From Stegostoma tigrinum (lineage: Eukaryota): a stretch of DNA of 64,000 nt. The notes beneath the pieces are model-generated. The model was given only the letters and a program-made list of their open reading frames with translations. It did no database searches and had not been told where the DNA came from. This document shows, piece after piece, positions 23,272 through 35,939 of the stretch. Position 1 is the stretch's first letter. The number at the start of each line of letters is the position of its first letter. The translations under genes and the position numbers were made by a program. Where the stretch lies: positions 35,040,470 through 35,104,469 of the forward strand of contig NC_081359.1 in assembly GCF_030684315.1 (NCBI RefSeq), read 5' to 3'.

Positions 23272-25586
23272 CCCTCAGTGACTGCCTGTAGCTCAGACAC
23301 ACCCCACGTGGATTCCAACTGAAGTTTCATCCCTCATGTTTTAAATCCTCCACGACCACAGATATCTCGGTGATGTTCAACATTTCATGGACAGCTACTC
23401 TCACTGTATCCTGAAATCCATGGTCAGTGCCATGCAGTGCCACATGCAGACTCTCGACCTTTCTCTCCAACAGCAACAGCATTGCATCAGCACTGGCTCA
23501 GGGCTGCTCCACTCCACAGTTCCACTTCATCCTCCAGTTGCGCTAACAAGAAAAATTATTTTTTCCTTTCAGGCATTAAGGCCCAAAAGATGGAAAATCA
23601 AAAAAGATCCTTCATGGCCTTCTAGAACTTTCCTCCATTCCCTTCCCTGTGACTCCATTCCCTCCTCCAGCCCCAACTCCTGTTAGGCATTCACTATCCC
23701 TCCTAACTTTCCACTCTCTGATGTTGAGCACTCTGTACTGAGCAAAGGCCTCAGCTTTATCCCTCTATGTTCCTACCTTAACAAATTTTGGACATAACAT
23801 GATGCCAAACTCTTCTTCCACTGACTTTGCGTCCATGCTCATTTCTTTGGACAAAAATCCTCGTCCTGTCCAACAGACCATTTCAACCAGTTCCAACACT
23901 CCCTCCACCCGGGCCCCTCCCTCTGGCCTTTTACCTGCATTCAATCTGTTCATTGAGAACTGTCAACGTGATGTTAGTCGCCACAAGTTCTCTGCACGTC
24001 CTTCAACAAATCTAACCTATGTCCCTCCAAACTGACTGTACTCTTGTGCACTGAGATCTTCCCCTAACTTTGTTATTAAACCACCCAATAAAGGTGGTGC
24101 TGTTGTAGTCTCGTGTACTGACCTCAACCTTGCAGAGGCTGAGTGCCAACTCTCAGCTACTTCTTCCTACCTTCCCCTGGACCATACTCCACCATGAAAG
24201 ATCAGGCCATTGTATCTACTACAGTAGCCAACCTCATTTCATCTGGTGACCTCCCCCACTCTGCTTCCAAGCTGATAGTCCCCCAGACCTGTACAGCTAT
24301 CTTCTACCTCCTCCCAAAAATCCACAAACAGAACAGTCTGGGCAGACCCAGCCTGCTCCTGGCCCACAGAACTCATCTCTTCCTACCTTGACTCACTGCT
24401 CCACTCCCTGCTCACGTACATCCGTGATCCCTCAGATGCTTTATGCCTGTTTCAAAGCTTCCAGTTTGCCAGTTCCAGCCAGCTTCTCTTTACCATGAAT
24501 TTACAATCCCTTTACATGTCCATTCTCCACCAGGATGATCTTTGGGCTTTCTGCTTCTTCCTGGCGCAAAGACCTGAAACATCTCCACCCACCACCACCT
24601 CTTCCGTTTGGCCAAGCTTGTCCTTACCCTCAACAAGTTCTCTTTTAACTTCATTTTCTTCAGGTAAGAGGGCCATGGGTGCCCAAATGGGCACTAGTTA
24701 TGCCTGTCTCTTCACAGGGTAAGTGGAACATTCCTTGTTCCAGTCCGATTCCGGCCCCCACCCACAAGTCATTATCTGATACAATAATGGTCTAATTGGG
24801 TGCTGCTTCCCTCTCTCATCGAGAATTGGAAAATTTCATCAATTTCGCCTCCAATTTCCACCCTGCCCTCACTTTCACATGGTTTATTTCTGACTCCTCC
24901 TTTCCCTTCCTTGACATTTTTGTTTCCACTTCCGGGGATAGACTGGCCACTAATATCCATTATAAACCCATTGACTCCCACATCTACTGAAACTATACAT
25001 CCTCACAATCTACTTCCTGTTAAGATTTCATCCCATTCTCTCAGTTTCTCCGTCTCCATCGCATATGTTCAGATGAGGCCACCTTCGACAAGGGAGCTTC
25101 CGAAATGTCCACTTTCTTCCTCAACTGAGTATTCCCCACCTCTGTTATTGACAAGGCCCTCAACCAGGTCTGACCCATCTCCTGCACTTCCGCCCTCACC
25201 ACTTCTCTTCCTACCCGTGACAACGATAGGGTTCTGCATGTTCTTATCTACCATCCCAGCAGCAACCACATCCAGAAGATCATCCAACACCATTTACACC
25301 ACCTCCAGCAAGATGCAAGATGCCACCATGCGACACATATTCCCCTCCCTTTCCTTGTTCACATTCCACAGGGACCATTCCCTCTGGGACACCCTGTTCC
25401 ATACTTCCTTCACCCCCAACACCTTCCACAATCCCCACAGCCCAACGGCACCTTCCTCTGTAACTGAGAAAGGTGCAACACCTACCTATTTACCTCCACC
25501 CTCCCCAGTATCCAAGGACCCAAACATACCTTCCAGGTGAAGCAACACTTCATCTGCCTCTCCCAGAATCTGGTCTATTGTATTCA
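23272..25586 (+). mobile_element. Older Neptune-type PLE: N-terminal region, RT and linker, broken at the start of GIY-YIG
   Basis: Homologous to 31009-32868. Motifs FYLLPKIHK, MNLQSLY and AMGAQMGTSYACLF; ends at LVYCIH; many stops. Confidence 0.9.
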
Positions 25587-26095
25587 CTTCATCAGAAAAG
25601 GGAGAGGGGAAGAACATTCTGAAATAAATAGGGAGAGAGGGGGAGGAGGATCGAAGATGGATAGGGGAGAAGATAGGTGGAGCGGAGACAGACAAGTTAA
25701 AGAGGCGGGGATGGAGCCAGTAGAGGTGAATGTCGGTGGGGAGGTAGGGAGAGGATAGGTCAGCCCGGGGAGGATGGACAGGTCAAGGGAGCGGGATGAG
25801 GATAGTAGGTTGGAAATAGGGGTGCAACTTGAGGTGGGAGGAGGGGATAGGTGAGAGGAAGAACAGGTTAGGGAGGCGGGAACGAGCTGGGCTGGCTTTG
25901 GGAGGCAGTAGGGGAAGGGGAGATTCACCCGAAGGTTGCAGAAACAGCAACTCAATTCCACTTGGGAATCCTGCAGCCCAATGGTATCAATGTGGATTTC
26001 ACAAGTTGTAGGTTCAGGTGCTGCCCCTCTAATTTACGGGTGTGTTATTATGTCACTGGAGGAGGCCCAAGATAGACATGTTAACCAGGGAGTGG
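25587..26095. mobile_element. Scrambled PLE fragments: minus 25587-25925 (family A 3' UTR), plus ~25926-26005, minus ~26006-26095 (endonuclease C-terminus)
   Basis: The minus piece starts at cttcatcag (reverse complement of CTGATGAAG). The plus piece cacccgaaggttgcagaaacagcaactc matches ~19516-19595. Confidence 0.8.
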
Positions 26096-27932
26096 ATGAC
26101 ATTCCCCAACCCCGCACTGCCGGTTTACACCTCCTTCCCAAAATCCACAAACCCGACTGTCTGAGCCGACCCATTGTCTCTGCCTGCTCCTGCCCAATAA
26201 ACTTACCTCTACTTACCATGACTCTGTTTTATTACCCCTGGTCCAGGACTCCCCACCGATATCTGGGACACCAATCACGCCCTCTATCTCCTTCAAGACT
26301 TTCAATTTTCTTCACTGTGGCCATGCGGATGGTCCAAAAGCCCTCTATTTCTTCCCTTCCCATAGGCCCAACCAGTTCCCTTCTACCGACACCCTTATAC
26401 GCTCAACCAAACTCGTCCTTACCCTTAACAACTTCTCCTACAACTCCTCCCACTTCCTAAAGACTAAGGAGTTGGCCATGGGCACCCGTATGGGCCCAGG
26501 CTATGCCTGCCTCTTCATAGGATATGTGGAACAGCCCCTCTTCCGCTGTTACACTGGCAGTATCCCCTACCTCTTCCTCGATTACTTTGATAACAGTACC
26601 GGCATTGTCTCGCACGCCCACAAGGAGCTTGAACACTACTTGAACTTTACTAACATGTTTCACCTCAAATTCAGCTGGACTCATCTCTGATACGTCCCTC
26701 TCCTTTCTGGACCTCGCTGTCTCCATCTCTGGTGAGCGCCTCGAAACTGACATCTATTCAAGTCCTCTGACTCACACAGCTACCTGGACTACACCTCCTC
26801 TCACCCACCCTCCTACAAGAATGTTATCTTATACTCCCAATTCCTCCGCCTCCACTACATCTGCTCCCAAGATGGGGCATTCCACTCCCGAACATCCCAG
26901 GTGTCCTTCTATTTCAAGGACTGTAACTTGCCCTTCTCTAGTGATTGAAAACGCCCTCAACCCCATCTCTTGTGTTTCCCACACCTTTGCCCTCACATCC
27001 CCTCTCTCCAATGAAAAAAGGGCAGAATCCACTTTGTCCTTACTTATCACCCCACCAACCTCTGCATCTAATGTATTGTTCTCTGCCATTTCCACCACCT
27101 GCAATCCAACCCCACAACCAACGGTATATGCCCCTTCCCACTCCTATCTGCCTTTCATAGGTAGCGCTCTCTCTGCAACCCCGTCATCTGCTCCACACTC
27201 CCCACTAACCCCAATGCACCTGGCACCATTCCCTGCAAATGCAAGAAGTGCTACACCTGCCCCTACATCTCGCCCCTCGCCTCCATCCAACAAACCTTCC
27301 CCATTAGACAAGGGTTCACCTGCACATCCATGAACTTGGCCAATACATCCATTGCTCCTAATGTTTCCTCCATTACATCAGTGAGACTGAACGGAGGCTC
27401 GGAGATTTCTTTGCAGAGCGCCTGCATTCTTTTCACAACAAACAACACCTTACAGTCGGGAACCATTTCTACTCCCCCTCCCACTCCCTGTGCAACATGT
27501 CCATCCTGGGCCTCACATTGACACCACCTGGAAACTGGAGGAGCAGTGCCTCAAATTCCGCATTGGGAGCCTACAGCCCAATGGCCTAAACGTGGATTTT
27601 ACCAGTTTGAAAATCTCCCCAAGCCCCTGCCTCATTCCATGACCAACCCTCCCTCTCATTCCTGCCTCGTTGACCTGACACAACCTGGTCTTCTTCTCCC
27701 CCACCTATCTGCCTCATCCTTCCCACTGTCCAAACCCCACCCCAGCCTACTTGCACTCACCTATCACCATCCCACCTATCTTTCTGAGCCCCACCCCTCC
27801 TCTTTCTGTTTATTTCTGAGCTCCTTTCTCCTCCACATTTCCTACTCCTTTGATGCTGCCTGGCCTGCTGTGTTTCTCCAGCTCCACACAATGTTATCTC
27901 TGACACAAGTACCTGCAGTTCTTGCTGTCTCT
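26096..27932 (+). mobile_element. Neptune-type PLE: RT to tail, with the hammerhead deleted
   Basis: LHLLPKIHKPD..RPIVSACSCP, AMGTRMGPGYACLF and CKCKKCYTC; pLTR and tail end ...cttgctgtctct. Deletion at 27840/27841. Confidence 0.9.
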
Positions 27933-29239
27933 GAGTGTACAGTTGGCACATTTCCTTTCTGAAAAGTGCATGACTGAAACATTTATTTTCAGATTATATT
28001 TAATATTTCTTTTTTAAAAAACAACAAAGTAAGGAGTAGAGAGAAACAATTCTACACTGTAGTTATGATTCTATGAAAGCAAAGATGTCATTTTGGTCGA
28101 TGTAAGCGTCATCCAAGGATTAAAATCACGAACAAGGGACTATTTTAGAGCAATAACAGAAGTTGGGCAGCATCGGGAAGTGTATATTTCAAGAAACTAC
28201 TTAAATGTAACATGTAACAAGAAAGAAATTTTGGAGAATTTTGATCTTTGCTGGATAAGCGAACTAAATTTGATGTCATAGTATTTAGGATAGGATCATG
28301 GAACGCATTCAACACAGCATTTTTGGGAGTAAGTAGTGTTAATTTCTAAGCCGAGTACTGTGAAATGATACAGGGCTAGTAACTATGCATTAGGGCTTAA
28401 TGTGGAAGACTGATCACAACATGTAAGAATTTTATATTGAGTTTGACAGTGATTTAATGATGCCTGAAACTACGCTTTTAAAATCAGTCTGAACCATCTA
28501 CACAAGCTGCATGAATGGAAGGAGACAGGTAAAAAGATAATGGAAAACATTTATATAATTAAATAATTATTTTCAAAAATTACCCACTTAGTTCAGGAAT
28601 AAAAATTCCATATTTTTCTAAGAACAGAAAGTATTACATCAAATGATGGCATTAAAAAGTTGTGAACGTTTGGATACTGATGAAATTAATTTTGCATGAA
28701 AAAGTTACAGAAAGGGCATACAGGAAAATGAGTTACAATGCAATATGCAATGCTGTGTCATAAAATATAATTGTGAGGTACAGATTGTAATCTGGTACCT
28801 CTCGGAGTCTGGTAGCTAAAGAACAGTTCCTGTGTGGTTTTGGACCATGTAAAGTTGCTGTTGATATCACAAGGTCATTATGTATATACAAGTTCAGATT
28901 GTTCTTGCCTTCATTTCACTGATGATTTTGTTTTCTACCAGGAATAATACAGATTGTGCCTGTGGACACTTTGATTAGAAAAGTTTTATTTAGTTGCACA
29001 CAGCTGGGTGTGGGAGGTATAAAAAATAACTAAACTCTTCAGTCTTTCAGGAGCAAATACTGCAGTGGTATTTATGCTTATGAATTATGTTAGTTTCCAG
29101 GTTCTATAATCATGTACAATACGTTTCACAGTCCTGTTTACACAAGTTTTATAACTTCTGTGCTAACCCTGACACATGATGTCCCACGGTCCAACCAAGG
29201 GCTGGTCCAGAGGATGCCAGAAAAATGAGATATAACTTA

Positions 29240-29890
29240 TTTATAATTGCTGTGCTATACTGTGCCGAAATACAGTATGTAGTAGAGTCATAAAGTATTA
29301 CTGTATTATAATCTGTATTATACCACATCACTGTGTGGGTATATAATACTGTACCAGCCTAGGCTGCATAATACTGCTAGCTCTATCACTTTACCATGTT
29401 GTATGTTATCTTTTGACAGCCTAAAATATACAATGTTGTGTGCTGTGCTGTCACTGGGCAGTATATAAACACAAACTGTCACCATGCAGACTTCAACACT
29501 GTGCTGTGTTTTACTGTATGCACTATATGGTACTATCTACTAAACCCCACATTGCACTGGACAATACTTTGTGATGTGCTGAGTCTGTGAGATATAACAC
29601 GATGAGCTACATTGGATCATTATTTGATTTATAATCTGGCATGCTTTGTTGTTTCTACATGGTCTATAATACTATGCTATGTCCAAATGAAGTGCGTATA
29701 ATTCATTGTAGTTGTTACCTGTTTGCTGTACTGTGTCACTATACATTACATTATGCTATGACATTACAGTGTATGATCTGTTGTATCTACATGTAGTATG
29801 TAATACTGTATGCTATTCTGCACCTTTGTGTTGTCATCCCGTTATAGTGTCAACATGCAACATATACAATATTGTATACAATACTGTCCT
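29240..29890. repeat. Degenerate low-complexity tandem array (tactgt / tgtgct / tataat motifs)
   Basis: Recurrent variants of tataatactgtgctgtgtcactgt; period not resolved by eye. Confidence 0.6.
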
Positions 29891-31031
29891 AATAAAATTT
29901 TAAAAAGCGTACTAAACTGCAACATTGATTTTGACAGCGATTTAATGAAAACTGTGTATTCCTTAATATCACATGCTAAGCCATGTCAATGCCATGCTAT
30001 TTCCAGTTTTGCTGAAAAAGGAGACTAGCTATTGAAGGTTTGCATCTTACACTAATCAGGAAATTTGCAAGAACACCAAATTTCCAATGTAGAAAACTTT
30101 ATATTGCTTGAGAAAAGATGGTGATTGCTTGGCAAACCAATACTAATTATTTGAAGTGTTGCCATAGAAAATGCTGAAAGGATCTATTTTCCCTATGCTT
30201 TTGTTTAATTCAAGGCATGTACAAAAATTGCAATGTTACATTCTATTGCAGAGGGCAGTTTCCTGCATATGAACATTTGTAGCAGATAGTAAGGATAAAT
30301 GAACACTTTAAACGCTCAACAGATAATCTCAAATTTGCTCTTAGTGTAATTCTGAAAACAATCTGGATTATTCAGTAAATCATAGAGTCATAGAGTTATA
30401 CAGCATGGAAACAGAACCCTTTGGTCTAACTCACCCACGCTGATCAGATATCCGAAACTAATCTAGTTACATTTGCCAGCATTTGGCCCATTTCCCTCCA
30501 AACCCTTTCTAATCATGTACTCATACAGATGCTTTTTAAATGTTATAATTGTATCCATCTCCATCACCTCCTCTGGCAGCTTGTTTTATACACTCACTGC
30601 CTCCTGCATGAAAAATTTGCCCCTCAGGTCTCTTTTAAACCTTTACCCTCTCACCTGAAACCTACACCATCCAGTTTTGGATGACCATACCCTCGGAGAA
30701 AGGACCCATTCTAAGAAAGGGTCACTGGATCTGAAACAGACGCAACCAGGCCTGCTGAGCATTTCCAGCAACTTCTGTTTTTGTTCCTGATTTATGAAGT
30801 CCATAGTCCTTTTGCTTTTTATTTTAGTATTTGAGCCACATCTCTTCTAGGCATGCCCACCTTGAAGAGGTTCTGCTCCTCTTTTCGACAGGATTTCTGT
30901 TCAAATCTTTCTTCTTGTCCACCAACATTAATTTCACAGTCGGTCCTTGGGTTTGACTAAGTGTTTGCTAAAACTCATTTCCACAGCCATATTACATTCC
31001 TCAGTGACTGCCTCCAGCTCACACACCCCTG

Positions 31032-31381
31032 CTGTGGTGATGGCCTAGTAGTATTATCACTAGGCTGTTAATCCAGACACCCAGGTAATGTTCTGGAGAC
31101 CTGGGTTCAAATCCCACCATGACAGATAGTGGAATTTGAATTCAAGAAATATCTGGAATTAAGGATCTAACGATGACTGTGAGTCGATTGTTGGAAAAAC
31201 ACATCTGGTTCACTAATGTCCTTCAGGGAAGGAAGCTGCCATCCTTACCTGGTCTGGCCTATATGTGACTCCAGACACACAGCAATGTGGTTGAACCTTA
31301 ACTGCCCTCGAGGCAATTAGGGATGGGCAATGAAAGCTGCCTGGTCAGCAACACCTTCATTCCATCAATAATTTTTTAAAA
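31032..31381 (+). mobile_element. Full-length tRNA-derived SINE nested in the PLE
   Basis: A box TGGCCTAGTAG, B box GGTTCAAATCC, LINE-like tail ggcaattagggatgggcaat...; homologous to 53213-53575. Confidence 0.9.
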
Positions 31382-32869
31382 AGTGGTTTCCAATTGAAGT
31401 TTTATCCCTTTTGTTTTGAATCCTCCCAGAATTACAGATATCTCCGTAATGTTCAAAATTCCACAGACAGCTGCTCTCACCACATCCTGCGATTCACACT
31501 CAGTGTCATGTGGCAAAACATGCACACTCTCAACCTCTCAGTCCAATCGCAATACAGCACACTGGATCAGGGTTGCATCACTTTGCAGTTCCACTTCATC
31601 CTCCGGCTCATTCATCCTGCTAACAAGAAAGTTTTTCTTTACCTTTCAGCCATCAAGGCCCACAAGATGTAACAATTCTAAGCTACCCATGGCCCTCTAG
31701 AACCTTCCTTTCCTCCCTCTGACTCCATTCCCTCCCCCAGCCCCACCTCCTGTCAGGAATTCACCAACCCTCCAAACCTCTTTCTCTCCGATGCTGAATA
31801 TTCTATACTCAGCAAAGGCCTCAGCTTTATCCCTGTGCGACACACCTTAACGAATTATGGGCATGACATGACATTGAACTCTTCCCCCACCGTCTTTGCC
31901 TCCATGCCCATTTCTTTGAACAGGAGTCCTTTCCCACAGATGCCATTCGCCCAGTTCCAACACTGTCCCTCCAGCTGGGCCCCTCCCTTTGGCCTTTTAC
32001 TTGCACTCAATCTGTTCTTTGAGAACTGTCAACATGATATTGTTCATCTCAATTTCTCTGCAACTCCAATCTATCTCCTTCTGAACTGACTGCACTCCAT
32101 TCACTTAGATCTAACTCTGGCTTTGTTATTAAGCCTGCTGATAAAGGTAGTGTTGTGGTAGACTGGCATACTGACCTCGACATTGCTGAGGCTCAGCACC
32201 AGTTCTCAGATGCTTCCTCTTATCTTGCCCTGGGCCATGACCCCACCATGAAACATTAGGTCATTGTATCAACTACAGTAACAGGCCTCATTTCATTTGG
32301 TGACCTCTCCCTCACTGCCTCCAAACTGATAGCCACTTAGCCCTGCACAGCTTGCTTCTACCTTCTTCCAACAATCTACAAACAGGACTGCCCGTGTAGA
32401 CCCATTGTTTCAGCCTGCTTCTACTCCACCAAACTTATCTCTTCCTACCTGGACTTCTCTTTTAACTCCTCTCATTTACTTCAGGTGAAAGGAGTGGCCA
32501 TGGGTTCCCGCATGGGACCCAGTTATGCCTGTCTCTTCAAGGAGTACATGGATCATCCCTTGGTCCAGTCCTATTCTGGCTCCCATCTACCAAATCTTTC
32601 TCTGATATATCATTGGTGCTGTTTCCCTCTCTTGCCTGAAATTGGAAAAATTCATCCATTCTGCCTCCAATTTCCACCATGTCCTCACTTTCACCTGATC
32701 TATCTCTGACTCCTCCCTTTCCTTCCTCGACATTTCTGTTTCTATTGCTGCGGATAGACCAGCCATTAATATCCACTCTAAACTCACTGACTCCCACAGC
32801 TAGCTGGACTATATATCCTTGCACCCTCCTTCCTGTAAAGGCTCCATCCCATTCTTTCAGTTCCTCGGT

Positions 32870-32909
32870 GAGTTCTGAGGAAGGGTCACCGGACCCAAAA
32901 TGTTAACTC
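32870..32909 (+). ncRNA. Hammerhead ribozyme remnant (family B), with GAAA mutated to AAAA
   Basis: GAGTT-CTGAGGA-A-GGGTC-ACCG-GACCC-AAAA-TG-TT-AACTC, with 5-bp stems I and II. Confidence 0.7.
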
Positions 32910-33629
32910 TGATTTTTGTTTTCACAAATGCTGCCAGACCTGTTGACACTTTCCAGCAACTTCTGTTTTTGTCCCTGGCAAAGTGGCCTTGGCTATCTGC
33001 TTTATGTATGCACCTCAGGATTTTATAAACCTCTATAAGGTTAACCCTCAGTCTCAGATGCTCCAGTTGAAAAAAGCCCCAGTCTACTCAATCTCTCCCT
33101 ATAACTCAAAGCCTCCAACTGCAGCAAAATCCTTGTTCTGAGTTTTTTTCAAGTTCAACAACATCTTTTCTCTAGCACAAGGCCAGAATTGAATGCTCTA
33201 TTCTAAAAGTGTTATGTAATCACAGAATTACACATAACATTTGACATTGTGTTCTGAGGTTTGCATGCATTGGTTTGCCTACTGCAAAGAACTGACAGGA
33301 AATGTTTCATATAATCCAACAGTCATTAGAATGCTTGGCTCGCAAACCTAGTGTTACACTAATGTTAAACCTCACATACTGCATTACTGTTTTGGTAGTT
33401 AGAATGTCTTTTTGGCATAATGGAAGCATCCAGTTGGTGGAGAATGCTCTCATTTTTCTATTGCCATGTTGCAGTATTAAATGGTTGGATGCTTTTGGTA
33501 TTCAAATGCTTGAGATCGTTGATGTTTGTGGGACAATTTGAGGCATAGCGTGGGGACATGTCAAATGTAAAATGTGGTTATGGAGAAAGGGTCTCTGTCC
33601 ATTAGTATTTCAGGCAGAGATTTGGAAAG

Positions 33630-33810
33630 ATGTCAGTAGAGAAGTTAACATTTAAAAGGCATTTGAATGCATACCTGAATAGGAAGGGTTTAGAGGGATA
33701 AAGGCCAAATGCTTTCAAATGAGACTAAATTAATTTAGGATATCTGGTCGGTATGGATGGGTTAGACCAAAGGGTTGGTTTCTGTGCCATACATCCCAAT
33801 GGCTCTGTGC
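33630..33810 (+). mobile_element. CR1 LINE 3' end fragment
   Basis: acatttaaaaggcattt...aggaagggtttagagggata, similar to 41925-42050. Confidence 0.75.
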
Positions 33811-35154
33811 CAGGTGCAATCACCAAAGGGTTGTTCTGAAAGCAAAGAAGGGCAGGTCGGACAGTAACGGATGTCTGCTGAAATTCGTATGCTATTCACT
33901 CTTTCTGACCAAATGAGGGTCATTAAACCCTTTCTGACTGTATGCAGTCCCTGGATGCGTCTTTTGCTGCTGCTGACAACTTCAGTTCATTCCAAACAAT
34001 CGTCCTTAGAGTTCACTATAATTCTAAAGCTTTGGATCATCCTCCAATTTTGAAATTGTGTCTTGTACATCAGCGGGTTTCAAGCTAGAAAGGCTTATAT
34101 CTTTCTTCTATTTCCTGAGCTGCAACCCTCATAGTTAAGCTTTCTTGAAACCGTTCAGGCTCTTATAGGTGTTTCTTCATTAGCAGCATACAGGACAGCA
34201 TCATAGCCGAACTCTATAATTGGTCAGGAAATACCAAAATGGGATGCTAATAATGTGATTGAATTAAAGGGCCATAGGCTGCTGACAGAAAAGTAGCTTT
34301 CTGCCCATTATTGATTTCCCCATTTAATGTGGTGCATTAAGCTCATGTTATAGAATCATAGAATGGTTGCAGCATAAGAGACTGCCATTTGGCCGACTAA
34401 ACTTTCAGAGAGTCATACAGAGGCAGAAAGCATGAAGCTCATGCCATTCAAGTGTCTTTTCAGCATTGCCCTGCAAATTTGTCCCTTTTGAATAATGATA
34501 TTTTTCAATTAAATCTCCCTTGAACTCAGGCTGTCTGGCTGTGACACAATAGCCCGAGAAAATAATGCTGGTTAGGACAACTTGCAGAGGAACAGTGAAT
34601 TATCACTCCCTGATCAGGAGTTGAGCTCAAGCTACTGTGCTGAAAATATTAATTCCTAATGATTAGCACATAAGGGAGAGTCCTTAAAAATGTGTAGCCT
34701 TTATGTCACTTGTCATTTTGTGTTCTTCTTACCAAAATGAATTGCATCACACTTGCCCATTCTGCCAAGCCGTTCACGTCTTCTGAAATTCCACAATATC
34801 TTCCTGATAGTTTATATTACTTCTAAGAGATGCTATATTAACCTCAAATTTTGAAATTGTTCCCTGCACTTTCATGTTTTCAATCACATTTTTTCCACCA
34901 AGCCTTATCTGTGTAGCCCCTGTAGTACTGTACAATGATTTCCATCACTGATAACATGATGTATTCTTGGTACTGTTGGCTTGGGATGGGAGGAGAGCAA
35001 TCAGTCTCAATGAATGTGTTGCACACTGTTGTGCTATGAGAACCACCCATGTGTGTTGTGAAATATTGTACAAAGATACTGAAAATCAATATAAAACAAG
35101 CAAACAAGCATTGTTTCACCTTAAACAGTGTTCTATCCAACCAAAATTGCCATA

Positions 35155-35570
35155 TCAAATAAGAACAGGAGAAGACAGTTCAGCACCTTTGGCCTGCTCT
35201 GCGATTCAGTAAGACCGTCCCTTAGATATACTCAAGGACTCTGCCCGTTATGGTCTATGAAAAAGGGTTCCAAAAATCCTCAGATAAAATAAAATCTTCC
35301 TCATCTCAGTCTTAAATTAGCACCCCTTTATTCTGAGAATATGCCTTCTGGTCCTAGACTCTGCCATGAGGGGAAACATCCTCTCAACATTTACTCTGTC
35401 AGGCCCCTTAAGAATCCTATATATTTCAGTGAGATCACCTCACATTCTTCCAAATTTTAAAGAGTACAGACCCAACATTTTCAACCTTTGTTCATGAGGC
35501 AATTTGTCCACAGTGGCTATCATTCCAGTGGACTTTCTCTGTATTGCCTCCACTGAAAAAAGTCTTTCCT
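35155..35570 (-). mobile_element. CR1 LINE 3' end fragment
   Basis: ORF 35440-35631 (HEQRLKMLGLYSLKFGRM) and an aagaacaggag terminal segment. Confidence 0.75.
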
Positions 35571-35939
35571 TAAATTCCAACTCAAAACTTGTGAAAAAAA
35601 TCAAATTTAAATAAAAGTTAGTTATTGGCATCTTAGATTTTAAAATCCAAACATTTTAAAGGGCCATAGTGCTAAGTTTAGCTGACATGAAAGTGAGTAT
35701 GCTGTGGAATTATTTGTCTCATTGAAGTGTGTCATGCTACTGAAGAGGTTGGGAAGTACAGAGGACTGGCACCATTCCTTTATAAGCTAGTTGAAGAGGT
35801 TGTTTAGTAGTCTGTGGTGGAGAGTGGGCCACAGAAAAGCCTCCGTAGGGAGACTGATTTATTTCATAGTAAGGTGCAGTTTATTATGTCTCAGTATCTG
35901 TGACCAGGTTAGATGAACTCTTAAGCACACACTGCAGAG

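Larger units (their letters stand above)
30707..32972 (+). mobile_element. Neptune-type PLE (family B) with direct pLTRs: 5' pLTR + tail + 5' UTR + ORF start, internally deleted RT, no endonuclease, tail-less 3' pLTR
   Basis: 5' pLTR 30707-~30785, then tail; ATG 30853 (MPTLKRF...HITFLSDCL); KGVAMGSRMGPSYACLF; 3' pLTR 32870-32972. Decayed TSD CCCTCGGAGAAAGGACC 30690-30706 / CCCTGGCAAAGTGGCC 32973-32988. Confidence 0.88.
30381..33211 (-). mobile_element. CR1 LINE 3' portion (30381-30706 and 32973-33211) interrupted by a PLE
   Basis: Starts with the catagagtcatagag terminal microrepeat, matches 50391-51090 and resumes colinearly after 32973. Confidence 0.85.

Noticed and set aside
29240-29890. 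CRISPR-like or coding array
   Set aside because: No constant repeat with unique spacers; degenerate simple repeat in eukaryotic DNA.
31040-31120. tRNA gene from A and B boxes (also 53225-53300, 17010-17070, 21215-21290)
   Set aside because: These are SINE heads followed by SINE bodies or repeated segments; I found no complete cloverleaf.
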